From Mobula birostris (lineage: Eukaryota): 64,000 nucleotides of DNA. Below are positions 1-11,354 of the stretch, one piece after another. The position numbers and the translations under genes are program-made. The stretch covers positions 75,626,935 through 75,690,934 of the forward strand of contig NC_092376.1 in the NCBI RefSeq assembly GCF_030028105.1, given 5' to 3'. Under the pieces are notes generated by a model. The model made no database searches. It was not told the DNA's origin and saw nothing but the letters and a program-made list of their open reading frames with translations. The stretch's first letter is position 1, and every line of letters starts with the position of its first letter.

Positions 1-297
1 TCGTTTGGGCATATGGACCAGGTGTTGGGTGATGAGGTCAATACAAAAGGATGCCCACTGGTCAGGGTGGATGAGTTGGACCAAGTGGACTGTTTCATGT
101 TGCATGGTAAGAGCCCTTCTGAAATTCTCTGTGCAGGAATGGTTCTCCTCTCTCGGGGAAGATATACATACTGTGGAGGGAGAGTGATTAAGGTTTGCTA
201 GATCAACTCCTTGGTGGTGGGTTTGTCATCTGAGGAGGTAAGACTTTATATTCTTGGGTTTAGGAATGTGAGAGATGACCTTATTGAGATGTAGAAA
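1..297. mobile_element. Degraded CR1-like LINE fragments, mixed orientation
   Basis: Resembles CR1 RT 3' region motifs seen elsewhere in the window (e.g. agagatgaccttattgagatgtagaaaatcctg). Confidence 0.4.
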
Positions 298-317
298 ATC
301 CTGAACAGATGTAGAGC

Positions 318-1063
318 TGATTGTGAACTTCAGGAAGGGTAAGTCGAGTGAACATAAACCAATCCTTATAGAGGGATCAGAAGTGGAGAAAGTGAGAAAT
401 TTCAAGTTCCTGGGTGTCAAGATCTCTGAGGATCTCACCTGGTTCCAATATAGTGATGCAGCTATAAAGAAGGCAAGATGGCAGCTATATTTCACTAGGA
501 GTTTGAAGAGATTTGGCTTGTCAACTAAACCACTCAAAAACTTCTATAGATGCACCATGGAGAGAACTATGACGTGCTGCATCACTGTCTGGTACGCGGG
601 GGAAAGAAGCAACAAAATTAGTCAGTTCCATCTTGAGTACTAGCCTCCATAGTACCCAAGACGTCTTCAAGGAGCGACTCCTCAGAAAGGTGGCATCATT
701 ATTAAGGACCCCCATCACTCAGGGCATGCCTTCTTCTCATTGTTACTATCAGGAAGGAGGTATGGAAGTCTGAAGGCACACACTCATTGATTCAGGAACA
801 GCTTCTTCCCCTCTGCCATGCAATTCCTAAATGGACATTGAATCCATGAGCACTACCTCATTTAAAAAAAATATGTATTGTATATTATTTCTATTCTGGC
901 ACTATTTTAATCTGTTCAATATACCTATATGTACTTACTGTAATTTATTTATTTATTTTTCTTCTATCTACATTATCATGTACTGCACTGAACTGCTGCT
1001 GTTAAGTTAACAAATTTCACGACATATACCACTGATAATAAACGATTCTGATTCTGATTCTGA
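318..1063 (+). mobile_element. Rex1/Babar-type LINE 3' fragment
   Basis: ORF 323-643 VEKVRNFKFLGVKISEDLTW...KKARWQLYFTRSLKRF (Rex1-type RT C-terminus); ends in a (gattct)n tail at ~1044-1063. Confidence 0.8.
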
Positions 1064-1249
1064 TGTTACCCTTGGATAGGGCATCCAGAAATAGCCATCT
1101 CTGTCTCCAAGTAAAAAGTAAATCTTTGGAATTCTCTAGCCCAGAATGTAGAGAATTGCTGAGGAGCTCAGCACTTAAAACAGAATTGATTAATTTAGCG
1201 GCATCATGACATGCAGGATTAGTTCTGGAAAATCGTAAAAGGACAGATC

Positions 1250-1970
1250 AGCACCAAAGTTGCTGAAGGAACTCAACAGGTCAAGCAGCATCTTTGGAGG
1301 AAAACGGACAGTAGACGTTTTGGGTCGAGACCCTTCATGTATTCCGAAAGAAAGAGAGGTTATGGGCAGTATAAAGAGGTGTAGGGAAAGGGTGGAGCTA
1401 GAGCAGGCAGGTGAGAAGTAGATCCAGGTGAGGGGGGAAGATGATAGGCAGGTGAGGGAGGGGATAATATCAGAAGGTGGCAGGTGATTGGTGGAAGTGT
1501 AAAGGGCAGAAGGTGATGGAATCTGGTATGAAAGGATGGTTTCAATTCCACTTCCTTTTCCTACACTCCACACTTCTGTTCCAAGCCTCCTCCACCGCTA
1601 GGTCATGGCCAAATGAAAATTATAATAATAACACCTCCTATTCCACCAGGCCAGTGTCTAATCTGATGGCATGAGCATAAAATTCTCAAACTCCCCTTCC
1701 ATCCCTTTCCCAGCGCTTACTTCTTTCTCTCTCTCTTCCTGATCCACCTGATTTCCATCACCCTCCCCATCTGCGCATTACCCAAACACCCCTTCCCACC
1801 CCACCTCTGTTAGGGACCCCTGCCACCCAGGAGATGCTCTTCTTCTCACTGCTGCCAGAAGGAAGAAAGTACAAGAGTCCTGATGAAGGGTCTCAGCCTG
1901 AAACGTCGACTGTACTCTTTTCCATTGATGCTGCCTGGCTGCTGAGTTTCTCCAGCATTCTGTGTGTTTC
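1250..1970. mobile_element. Penelope-like element remnants in inverted arrangement
   Basis: Minus-strand terminal repeat ~1250-1500, plus-strand GIY-YIG tail remnant, and a terminal repeat with hammerhead motif at 1876-1911. Confidence 0.65.
1876..1911 (+). ncRNA. Minimal hammerhead ribozyme (Penelope type)
   Basis: AGTC-CTGATGA-agggtctcagcct-GAAAC-GTC-GACT: intact catalytic core, stem I AGTC/GACT, GUC cleavage triplet. Confidence 0.7.
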
Positions 1971-2583
1971 ACTTAGGAGATCTGTTTTGCAGTACACCTT
2001 AATACAATCTCCCAATGCAATCCTGTGATTCTCATGCCCGTCACTTGAATTTCTCCATCCATTCCATCTCTAACCCCATTGTAATCTTGAGATACAGCAC
2101 CACATCATTCAGTTAGTCATCTCTGCACTTTCTGGACAACATTGGATTCTATAATTATGGTTTAACATTGAATGCAGCAATTTCATTCCCTCATTTTTCC
2201 AGACAGGAGCTGGAGCTGTTAAAAAAGATGCCAATATACACCAAGAATGGGGCATAGTGGACAGTGAGGAAGACTGTCAAAGCTTGGAGCAAGATCTGGA
2301 CCAGCTGGAAAAATGGGTTTCATCCTCATTCCACGCCACCCCCCCACCCCCGTATTGCTCTCTGACCTCTCCTGCATACGATCCTATAATGGAACTTCCT
2401 TACTGTTCTTTCCTCCTCTTCCTCCTCCTCCTCTGATTTTTCATTTCTTACCTGTTTAAAATCTATTTTATCTTTAACAACAAATTTCATATCATATAAA
2501 TTTGTGATAATAAATCTGATTCTGATTCCAAATTTTTTCCTGTTCTGCTAAAACTCAGTGACTGAGGCACCATTAACTTTGTT

Positions 2584-3066
2584 TGTCACAACCACGGGCA
2601 CTGGCAGAGAGTCTGAGCACTCTTGCGGGCGGGTTGCTGAAAGAAGTCGGCAATCACGCATGTGAGAATGCACACATTCCAACAATTAAGGTTTCTTTGT
2701 AATTATAATGAACTCTTGTCCTTTTGCTTCAGTCTTGTAAAATCTTGATCGAAGCACAGATAAGTCAACACTCGCTGCTTATCTTAATCTAAGTTTCAGG
2801 AAAGAAGGTGAGTGATTTAGATAGAAGTGGTATTAATTTAGAAATAGTATTAATTTAGTTCTAGGTTGCTGCTTTCGAGCCACAGTGATGGTGTTAGATT
2901 TTATTTGATGTGAGAGTTTTTTAGTTAGTGCCCTGTTGGCCTAACGTTTATTAATTTTCTTTGCTCTGAACAGTTCTTATTAAAACCCAGTGAACTGTTC
3001 GTTCTATATCTGTGATGGCTATCAGCACTTGGGCCATCACTGAACCTCTGTCAGCAAGGCTTGACA
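2584..3066 (+). repeat. 5' LTR of sushi-like Gypsy element
   Basis: TG...CA ends; homologous to 7116-7590; followed directly by the gag N-terminus (DLAEKEQLR). Confidence 0.7.
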
Positions 3067-3955
3067 ATCAAAGTGGACTTAGCAGAGAAAGAACAGCTGA
3101 GATTGGCCCTGAATTGGGTTGATCAGGTGGGGGAGAGTTTAAACTCACTGAAGGCTGGGTTGACAGAAATGGTTCTTGCAGTGTAAAAATTATTTTCAGA
3201 TTGGCAAGCCCAGTCAAAGAGGAAGAACAGATGTCAGCACTCCCAATGACAGTTCGGCAATTCGTATAGACAGCCAGAATCAGGTAGCAGCCATTACTGC
3301 TTTCACTGCTGCTATTCAGCAGTTGTCTGCCAGGCCAGCCACACTTCTAGCACTGGCACCGCTCCCATCCTCCTCCATTTCAGTCTCATCTGTCTCAGCC
3401 ATTAATGCCCCAATTCCCATGGCTGCTTCTAGACCTGAATTGAGTATTCCTCCACCAGTCAGATACTCCGGTGATCCGGACCTCTGCAGAAACTTTATTA
3501 CCCAGTGCGAGCTGACTTTCCAAGCCCAGTCAGATTAGGTCAGTGAGGATGTAGGTGAACTGGCCTACATGTCGAATCTCTTAGATAGACCCACATTCAA
3601 CCTGTTCAATGCCCTACGAGAATGAGATTCTCCTGCAACCCAGTCTTTCCAGCAATTTGTAGTTGAGTTCAAGAGAGTGTTTGACCTTCCATTATGGGGT
3701 CAGGAGGTTGCCCACTGACTCCTGGACCTGCACCAAGGGAGAGGGTCAGTGAGAGACTACACAGTAAAGTCCCACACTCTTGTGGTTGAGGCGGGATGTA
3801 ACGAGATCTTTCATCCCTGCTTTCCAGCTGAGCACAGAGCTCTGGCCTGAGATAGCAGTTCGAGACGAACAGGACAGCCTGTATGTCTTGATAAAATCTA
3901 TTCATACTGACAACTGGGCAGCTGAATGGCACAGAGAGAGGATGCCTTGAGCATA

Positions 3956-4267
3956 AAAAAGTCATCCGTTAGTCTCATGAGACCATGGATTTGTGCCTTG
4001 GAAGGTTTCCAGGGTGCAGGCCTGGGCAAGGTTGTATGGAAGATCGGCAGTTGCCCATGCTGCAAGTCTCCCCTCTCTACGCCACCGATATTGTCCAAGG
4101 GAAGGGTACTAGGGCCGATACAGCTTGGCACCGGTATCATCGCAGAGCAATGTGTGGTTAAATGCCTTGCTCAAGGACACAACACGCTGCCTCAGCTGAG
4201 GCTCAAACTGGCGACCTTCAGATCACTAGACCAACGCCTTAACCACTTGGCCACGCGCCGACACTCC
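3956..4267 (-). mobile_element. tRNA-headed SINE with CORE-like middle and RTE-type tail, inserted in Gypsy gag
   Basis: Minus strand begins ggcgcgtggccaagtggttaaggcg (A box), continues gtgtccttgagcaaggcatttaacc; tail homologous to 35495-35680; TSD TGAGCATA at 3948-3955 and 4268-4275. Confidence 0.8.
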
Positions 4268-6599
4268 TGAGCATACTGCTCATCAGCTCACCTCCTGTCA
4301 TCAACCACCCCCCACCCTTCACTCATCACCCAGTACATAGTCTGCAAGAAGAGCCTATGCAGGTGGGAAGCCTGCATCTATCTCGGGAAGAACAAGATCA
4401 GCACATAAGAATATTTGCTGCTTCTACTGTGGCTGTGCAGGAGACTTCTGATATTAAGTCCCAAGTGCCCAGGAGACACGTCAGTAAGAAGGAGAGTTCT
4501 GATTGGCTGATTCTCTCTCTAAGCATTTTCCCCTAATCCTAATGCCTTCAGCTTCCCTGTTGTGGGAGTCCTACACACATGAGCTCCTAGCATTTATTGA
4601 CTCCTGGGCAGCCGGGAGCCCCATAGATATCTCTTAGGCTTAAAGGCGGGGAGCTTTCCCTCAACAATTGAGAGAGAATATTGATATCAGGATGGTTGGC
4701 CTCCGCACTTGAACATCTCCAAAGAGCAGCCATGTTCTCTGCATAATGCTCACAACCTGACTTGTATTTGAGCAGGGGATGAGTGGAGGAGAACATTCAA
4801 CACACCTCCACTGAACACCATGAGTACCTCATGATGCCATTTGGTCTGGCCAATGTCCCTGCTGGCTCTGGTCTCTGACGTGCTTTGGGGCATGTTGAAT
4901 CAGTTTGTTTTTGTCTGTTTGGATGACATTGTTGTCTATTCCCACTCTTGCCAGGAACATCCAGTATGTCTGGAGGGTTCTCAGAAGGATCCTCAAGAAC
5001 AACCTTTATACAAGTGTGAGTTTCACAAAGAGCAGCTGTCATTTTGGAATTACATCCTCATCCCTTCCAGTGTTCAAATGGACCCATGTAACATTCAGGC
5101 ATTTACAGAGTAGCCCAAGCCACCTACATTCAAACAGGTGAGGTGCTTCCTGGGGTTTGCAAGCTTTTATCACTGCTTCATCAGAAATTTCAGTTCTATT
5201 GCGGCTTCCATAAATACACTCACCAAGAAGACCTCTTCAGTATTCCGATGGACAAGTGAAGCAGACGCTTCACCTCTGCCCAGTGCTGTGACACCCAGGC
5301 CCTTCCCATTCATTCATCGTTGAGGTTGATGCATTTGATACATTAACAGGATCTGTGCTCTCCCAACTCTCTTCAGTGCATAATTGGCTGCACCCTTGAG
5401 CTTTTCTTTCCCACTCCTTGATTCTTGCAGAGTATAACTATGTTGTCAGGAGCCGAGAACTTTTGACTGTTCAGCACTGGAGGCATGGCAATACTGGCTG
5501 GAAAGTGCAGCTTATCCCTTTCTGGTATGGACAGATCATACAAACATCTCCTACATCTGTGATGACAAGAGGCTCAACTCCCGTTAAGCCCATTGGGCTC
5601 TCACTTCACACAGTTTAATTTCACCCTCACTTACTGTCCTGCCAGCAAGAATAACAAGGCTGATGCTCTATCCCACCAGTCTGACATCTCTGAGGACAAT
5701 GCCAATCCACAGCCCATTCTTCCCTGCACTTTCGTAATTGCTGTGGTGAGTTGAGGAATAGAAACAGAGGTGACGGTTGCCCAACTATCAGATTCAGGCT
5801 GAGGTGGAGGACCTCCTAACTGGATGGGTATCCCTGCCACAGTGCACCCCAGAGAGTTAGAGTGGGATCACTCTTCCCATGTCATTGGCCACTCGGGGAT
5901 TCAATGGACCCTAGAATTTATAAAGAAATTATTTTGGTGGATGACTATATCCCAAGGTATCCAAGTCTTCATCTCTGCCTATCCCACTTATGCCCAGAAC
6001 AAGACATCATGTCAGCGCTCTGCTCTGTCCATGACCTGTGCCTCAGCACTCCTTGTCCTGCTTCTTGGTGGATTTCTTCACGTGTCTACCTTCATCAGAT
6101 GGTAACACCACCACTCTGGTAGTTGTAGACTGGTTTTCTAAAGCAGCTCACTTCATTGCGCTCCCCAAGCTCCCATCACCTCATCAGACTGCCACCCTCA
6201 TGGTCCAGCACGTGTTCAGGCTGCACGACTTCCCTCAGGACATAGTGTCTGATCAACGGCAATAGTTCACATCCCATTTTTGGAAGGCTTTCCGTTCTCT
6301 TGTGGGAGCCACAGCCAGCCTCTCATTAGCTTTCCTCCCCCCCATCTAACGGCCAGACTAAGAGAGTGAATCAGGGGCTGGAGACAACCCTACGCTACCT
6401 TGTATCTTCCTACCCCACAACCTGGAACTCCCAAATGGTTTGAGCAGAGATTGCCCACAAAAGCCTCCAGCCTCCCTCCACCAGCATGTTCCCCTTTGAA
6501 TGCCAAAAGGGATTCCAGCCACCACTTCCCCCGGACCAAGAGAGTAATGTGGGAGTCCCTGCTGCTGAACAGTTGGTCCAATGCTACAAGTGCATGCAA

Positions 6600-6830
6600 A
6601 CACAAACAAAAGAAAACCTGCAGAATTCCAAACAGTACACATAAAATGCAGGAGAAAGTCAGTAAGCCAGGCAGCATCTATGGAAAAAAGTACGGTATGC
6701 GTTTCAGACCGTGCTGTTTTGTGCAGTTCCGCCAAAGGTTCTTGGCCCGAAACGTCGACTACACTTTTTTTCCATAGCTGCTGTCTGGCCTGCTGATCTC
6801 CTCCTACATTCTATGTGTGTTGCTTGAAGT
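6600..6830. mobile_element. Palindromic Penelope-terminal-repeat-derived short element
   Basis: acacataaaatgcaggag...ggcagcatctatggaaaaaag and its reverse complement ttttttccatagctgctgtctggcctgctg...tgtgtgttg flank a degenerate hammerhead. Confidence 0.6.
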
Positions 6831-7115
6831 GAAAGCAGAGACAGGCCAGGGCTTCTCTATTGTGCACACAGAAACAATATTCTTGGTAGGATGATCAGCT
6901 CTGTCACCAGGTAAAGTCTCTCAAGCTTGGGGAAAAAGAAACGTTGGCTGGCGTCTAGAGTTCTTCAATTCAGACTAGAGAGCCACAAGTTTGTCCCATG
7001 TTAGGTGGGACCATTCATAGTGGAGAAGGCTATTTGTGATAATAAATCTGATTCTGATTGCAAGCTTTTTCAAGTTCAGCTGTAAGATTGGTGACTGAAG
7101 CACGTTAGCTTTGCT

Positions 7116-7590
7116 TGTGACAATTCTGGACACTGCCAGAGTGTCTGGGCAGGCAGGGAGCTGAAAGAAGACAGCAATCATGTATCGGAAAACGCATACT
7201 TGCCAGCCAATTAGTGTTTCTTGGTAATTGTACTTAACTTTCTTCCTTTTGTTTCAATCTTGTCAAGTCTTGACCGAAGCACAATGCCAACAGCACCCCT
7301 TGCTTACTTTGCTCTATGCTTCAGGAAAGGTTCAAAGTTTAGATAGACAATGTTAAAAGAGTGGTATTAGTCTAGTTCTAGGTTACTACTTTTGAGCCAC
7401 AGTGATGGTGTTAGTTTTTAGTTAGTTTTAGAGTTTTCAATTAGTGGTCTTGTTGGCCTAGTGCTTATATTTTCCTTTGTTCTGAACAGTTTTGATTATA
7501 ATTTGGTGAACTGTTCTTTCTGGGTCTGCGTCTCTCCCTCTGCACTTTGGTCATCACTAAAATCCTTTTATCGCTTCCCTGTCCAACACA
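7116..7590 (+). repeat. 3' LTR (or duplicated 5' LTR) of sushi-like Gypsy element
   Basis: Diverged direct repeat of 2584-3066 (shared block ctaggtt.ct.ctttyGAGCCACAGTGATGGTGTTAG). Confidence 0.65.
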
Positions 7591-7729
7591 TATTTTGGAA
7601 ATCTCCAACCTGATGGCCTGATGGCGTCAACATAAGTTTCTCTAACTTCCAGTAACCTCTCCCCTCTGTAACCCGCTTGTTTTTATCTTACCCTGCTAGC
7701 TCTATTAGCCCTTCTGTTTCCCCTCTTCC

Positions 7730-8157
7730 AGTTTCATGACCTGTCAGTCCTGCACAGGCAAACAGCATACAGGAGTCATCTGTCACTCATTTCCAACTCG
7801 TCACCTGCAGTTTATTTAAACCCATCTCTTATCCACAGTCCTTTGTTCACCCTTTGAACCAGCCAAATTAAATGAGCTGCTTCTACCTTTCAGTTATAGT
7901 GTTGTCTTGTTGTGTTATGCTTATCTTTTCTCTCTTGTTTTGTGACCCCTCATGGCTTGTTATTGCATTCATATGCATTTTATTAGTATTGTTTACTACT
8001 AAAATGTCTATATTGCTCTGTTCTGGGTGAAGCCTCCTCCCTCTGGTTCTCACCTCCTTCTCTTTGTTCCATGATCCACTAACTGTTCCTATCTTTTTCA
8101 GTCCTTTGCCTGTTTCATCTATTACCTCCTTCCAGGGTAATGAAGGGTCATGGACCA
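7730..8157. repeat. Possible solo LTR
   Basis: Inverted termini catgacc...ggtcatg, with an internal tcacctg...tatttaaaccc block typical of fish Gypsy LTRs. Confidence 0.3.
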
Positions 8158-8164
8158 AAATGTC

Positions 8165-8830
8165 AAATTTTCATTTCAATGGTTTCAAAGGTACATTTAA
8201 TGTCAGAGAAAGTATACATTTTGAAATGTCTTTTCTTCGCAACCGTCCACGAAAACAAAGGAGTGCCCCCAAAAAATGAATGACAGTTAAATGTTAGAAC
8301 CCCAAAGTAGCCCCCCGCAGCTCCCTTCCATCCCGCACGTAAGCGGCAGCAAGCAACAATCCCGCAGCCTCCCACCGGCAAAGAACAGCATCAGCACCCA
8401 CCACCGAGCACTCAGGCATGAACTAGGCAACAGAAAAGACACAGACTTGCAGTTACTCCAAAGTCTACATTGTTCACCCGGCATTGGACATACCAAAGGC
8501 TCTCTCTCTCCCTAATAAGGGAGAAAGAGGTGTTCTGTTTCACAGCGAGAGGGGAGACATAACAAACAACTCACTGGTTTATGATGTTGAAAGTCCGATG
8601 CATCGTTTTTTCCAAACTCTGTGCCCAAAGATCTCGGGTATCTGGGCACACAGCCGTAGATCTTCCAACTCTCCAGATGACACACCAATCTCCTGCTGTG
8701 ACATCGACCTTCGATCCGTCCGTCTCCAGAGCCATGAGATCTCGGCCCTCCGAAGACAATCTGAGTTCTTAGGCCAAGCCCTTGGTGTGCCAAACAACAG
8801 CCAGTTGTGAAACCCCAAGAGTGAATCATG
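8165..8830 (-). mobile_element. Non-autonomous LINE-derived repeat
   Basis: tcaaaggtacatttaatgtcagagaa end, similar in layout to 20470-20810; no coding signal. Confidence 0.45.
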
Positions 8831-10519
8831 TCAATTTAAATGATAAAACAAACTAAAGTGTGTCAATACAAAAGAAGATTTAGATTATGAAGTGAGAAGT
8901 TTCAGATGAAACTATACTTGGCTGCAGTATTGAAGGCAGCACAGGCTGGAACTGTGCATATTGATGAGCAAGCTGACCTCTGGGCTTTGTGTTCCCACCA
9001 GTGAGCTCTTTGGAGCTACTTTCTACAGACATCTTCTCAATCTATTATCACTGCATAGACACAAACCATGGGTGCAACAAAAAATAATGAAAAAAGACAC
9101 AGTCCCCTTCAATAAATTGCAAGGATTTTAATTATCTACAAACCATGATAATTGTACAGGCAAAAAAAAAGCACTTTTCAGTGTACATAACTATGATCCA
9201 CCATTATCCCCCTCTGTAACCTTTTTGCCCAACCCAACAAGCTCAGAATAACTCTATCATCTTTTATCCCATTTTTCATCTGTTTGATTATATTCAAACA
9301 TCTTCAGAATTGGCTTCTCTTTCTATCCTCTTCACTTTACACTAGAGTTTTTTACTTCTCTCTTTTTCTGCCTAATCTATGTGGTTACATCTGCTGACAG
9401 TTTTTGGAGAAAACTAAAGCCGTAGAAATCCAATCTTATTGAAAGCTTGCTTTTGAAGTGTTATAATACTGAATTTTAAATAAAACTAATGTCAAATTAC
9501 AATTGATAGCTTATGATGCACCTCCCGTATTATAAGAATTTTCAATGCCCATTTCTTGCTGATGATAGAAGTATGAAGAACCTTTCGTCAATCGGCATAT
9601 ATTTGAAACCTCTACTCAAGCAAGCCACTGTATAAAACATAAAGTTTACCTCTCAGAGGCAACTGAGAATATCTGCAGATGTAATTTTGTACTCAGAATA
9701 GTAGAGCAGCACAAAACAGGAAGAGGTGATTCAGCTGATTGACTTTGATTTACACCCTTCAAATGACAAGTCATGTTAGGCACGGTCTTCAGCTCTTTGC
9801 CATATTGCTGCAAATATCTTTTCCATTGATTATTTATCTAATGCTCTTTTTGAAGCAGATACTGAATCTGTATCTGCCATTGGAAAAGGCAGCATATTCC
9901 AAATTTTAATAATTGCTTTACAAAGTTTCCCCCATGCTGTCTCACTTCCCAATCAGCTGAATCTTTGCCCTCTTGTTATCAACATTGGAAACAGTTCCTC
10001 TTTCTTATCTCAACCTACTTATTGCTTCAAACAAGTCCTAAATGTTGCATTTATTTGCTTCAAGGAATATCATCAATCACCTCATGTTGCACACACCAGT
10101 CAAACTCTCCATACGCTCTCTAAAAGCTGCCTGTTGTTTCTAAAGTGGTGTCTAAAACTGGATGCAAAATTCAATCTGTGTTCAAACTAATATTTGTGCT
10201 TGATTAACTTCCTGGCTGTTTTATTCTGCCTTTATTTATTAAGAATTCTATAGCGATTATTATGTGCTTTGTTAACTGGAATCATTCTCTGCTTAAACAT
10301 CTTCAGATCTCACTTTTCTAGCAATGTTTTAAAAATGATCCATGAGGGATTATATTGCCCCACTCATTTAACCTAGCAAGATGTTCACCAATTCCACCAA
10401 TCTTAATTTTTTTAAGTCATTTATCAATACTGCTCCTGACTACTGCATTTCTGAAATCGCAAAAGTTTGAAATTATTCCCTCAATTCTGTTTCCAGGTCA
10501 TTAGTGCATGTAAATGGAG

Positions 10520-11200
10520 TTAGATTAGAATAGATTTAGATTATGAGGACATGCGGTCCTCTTTTATTGTCATTTAGTAATGCATGCATTAAGAAATGAT
10601 ACAATGTTCCTCCAGTGTGATATCACAGAAACACAAGACAGACCAAGACTGAAAAACTGACAAAACCCACATAATTATAACATATGGTTACAACAGTGCA
10701 AGCAATACCGTAACTTGATGAAGAACAGGCCATGGGCACAGTAAAAAAAGTTCAAAGTCTCTCGAAAGTCCCGTCATCTCACGCAGACGGGAGAAGGAAG
10801 AAAATTCTTCCTGCCATGAACCTCCAGCGCCGCAAACTTGCCGATGCAGCATCCTGGAAGCACCCGACCACAGTCCGACTCTGAGTCATCCGAAAACTTC
10901 GAGCCTCCGACCAGCCCTCCGACACCGAGCACCGAGCACCATCCCTGTCGAGTGCTTCGACCCCAGCCCCAGCCGCCAGCAACAGGCAAAGCCGAGGATT
11001 TGGGGCCTTCCCTCCAGAGATTCTCGAGCACACAGTAGCAGCAGCAGCGAACCGGCCATATCAGGAGTTTCTCCAGATGTTCCTCCGTGCTTCTCATGGC
11101 TGTCTCCATCAAATCAGAATTGTGCACGGCCCCTATTTAACAAATAAGATATCATTTCACAGGAGAGGCTGCGCGCGCTGCGTCATGCCACTATCTTCTC
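10520..11200 (-). mobile_element. Non-autonomous short retroelement (bipartite LINE-derived); second copy at 48322-48936
   Basis: High-identity reverse-complement match to 48322-48936; aagatggcg-like 5' end near 11198 and (tctaa)n tail near 10520-10545. Confidence 0.7.
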
Positions 11201-11354
11201 TACCCATTAGTACTGAATACTGAATAAACCCTAGTATATGCACCCTCATACTCTTAAAAAACAACTATTAATCACAGGTTTGCTTCCTTACCTTTAGACT
11301 ATTGTCTCTTTTGCTTCATGAGCTCCAGATCTGCCTACAATCTCAATATATGGT

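Larger units (their letters stand above)
2584..7590 (+). mobile_element. Decayed Ty3/Gypsy LTR retrotransposon (sushi/RTL1-PEG10-like)
   Basis: Direct repeats 2584-3066 (TGTCACA...TTGACA) and ~7116-7590; gag PPPVRYSGDPDLCRNFITQCELTF; EEPMQV plus CCHC remnant ~4350-4470; protease-like AFIDS(G)AAG ~4590; RT EYLMMPFGLAN and CLDD ~4820-4930; RCFLGFASFY; integrase [24 protein letters not shown] and SNGQT ~6060-6400; many stops, frameshifts and deletions. Confidence 0.85.

Noticed and set aside
3176-3538. Domesticated RTL1/PEG10-like gene
   Set aside because: Part of a decayed Gypsy element with stops, a SINE insertion and LTRs
4190-4262. tRNA gene on the minus strand
   Set aside because: SINE head joined to CORE-like and RTE tail sequence, with a TSD; no proper cloverleaf 3' end
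10774-11127. 117-aa ORF shared with 48332-48727 as a gene family
   Set aside because: Both lie in copies of a GC-rich non-autonomous repeat and the frames diverge by indels
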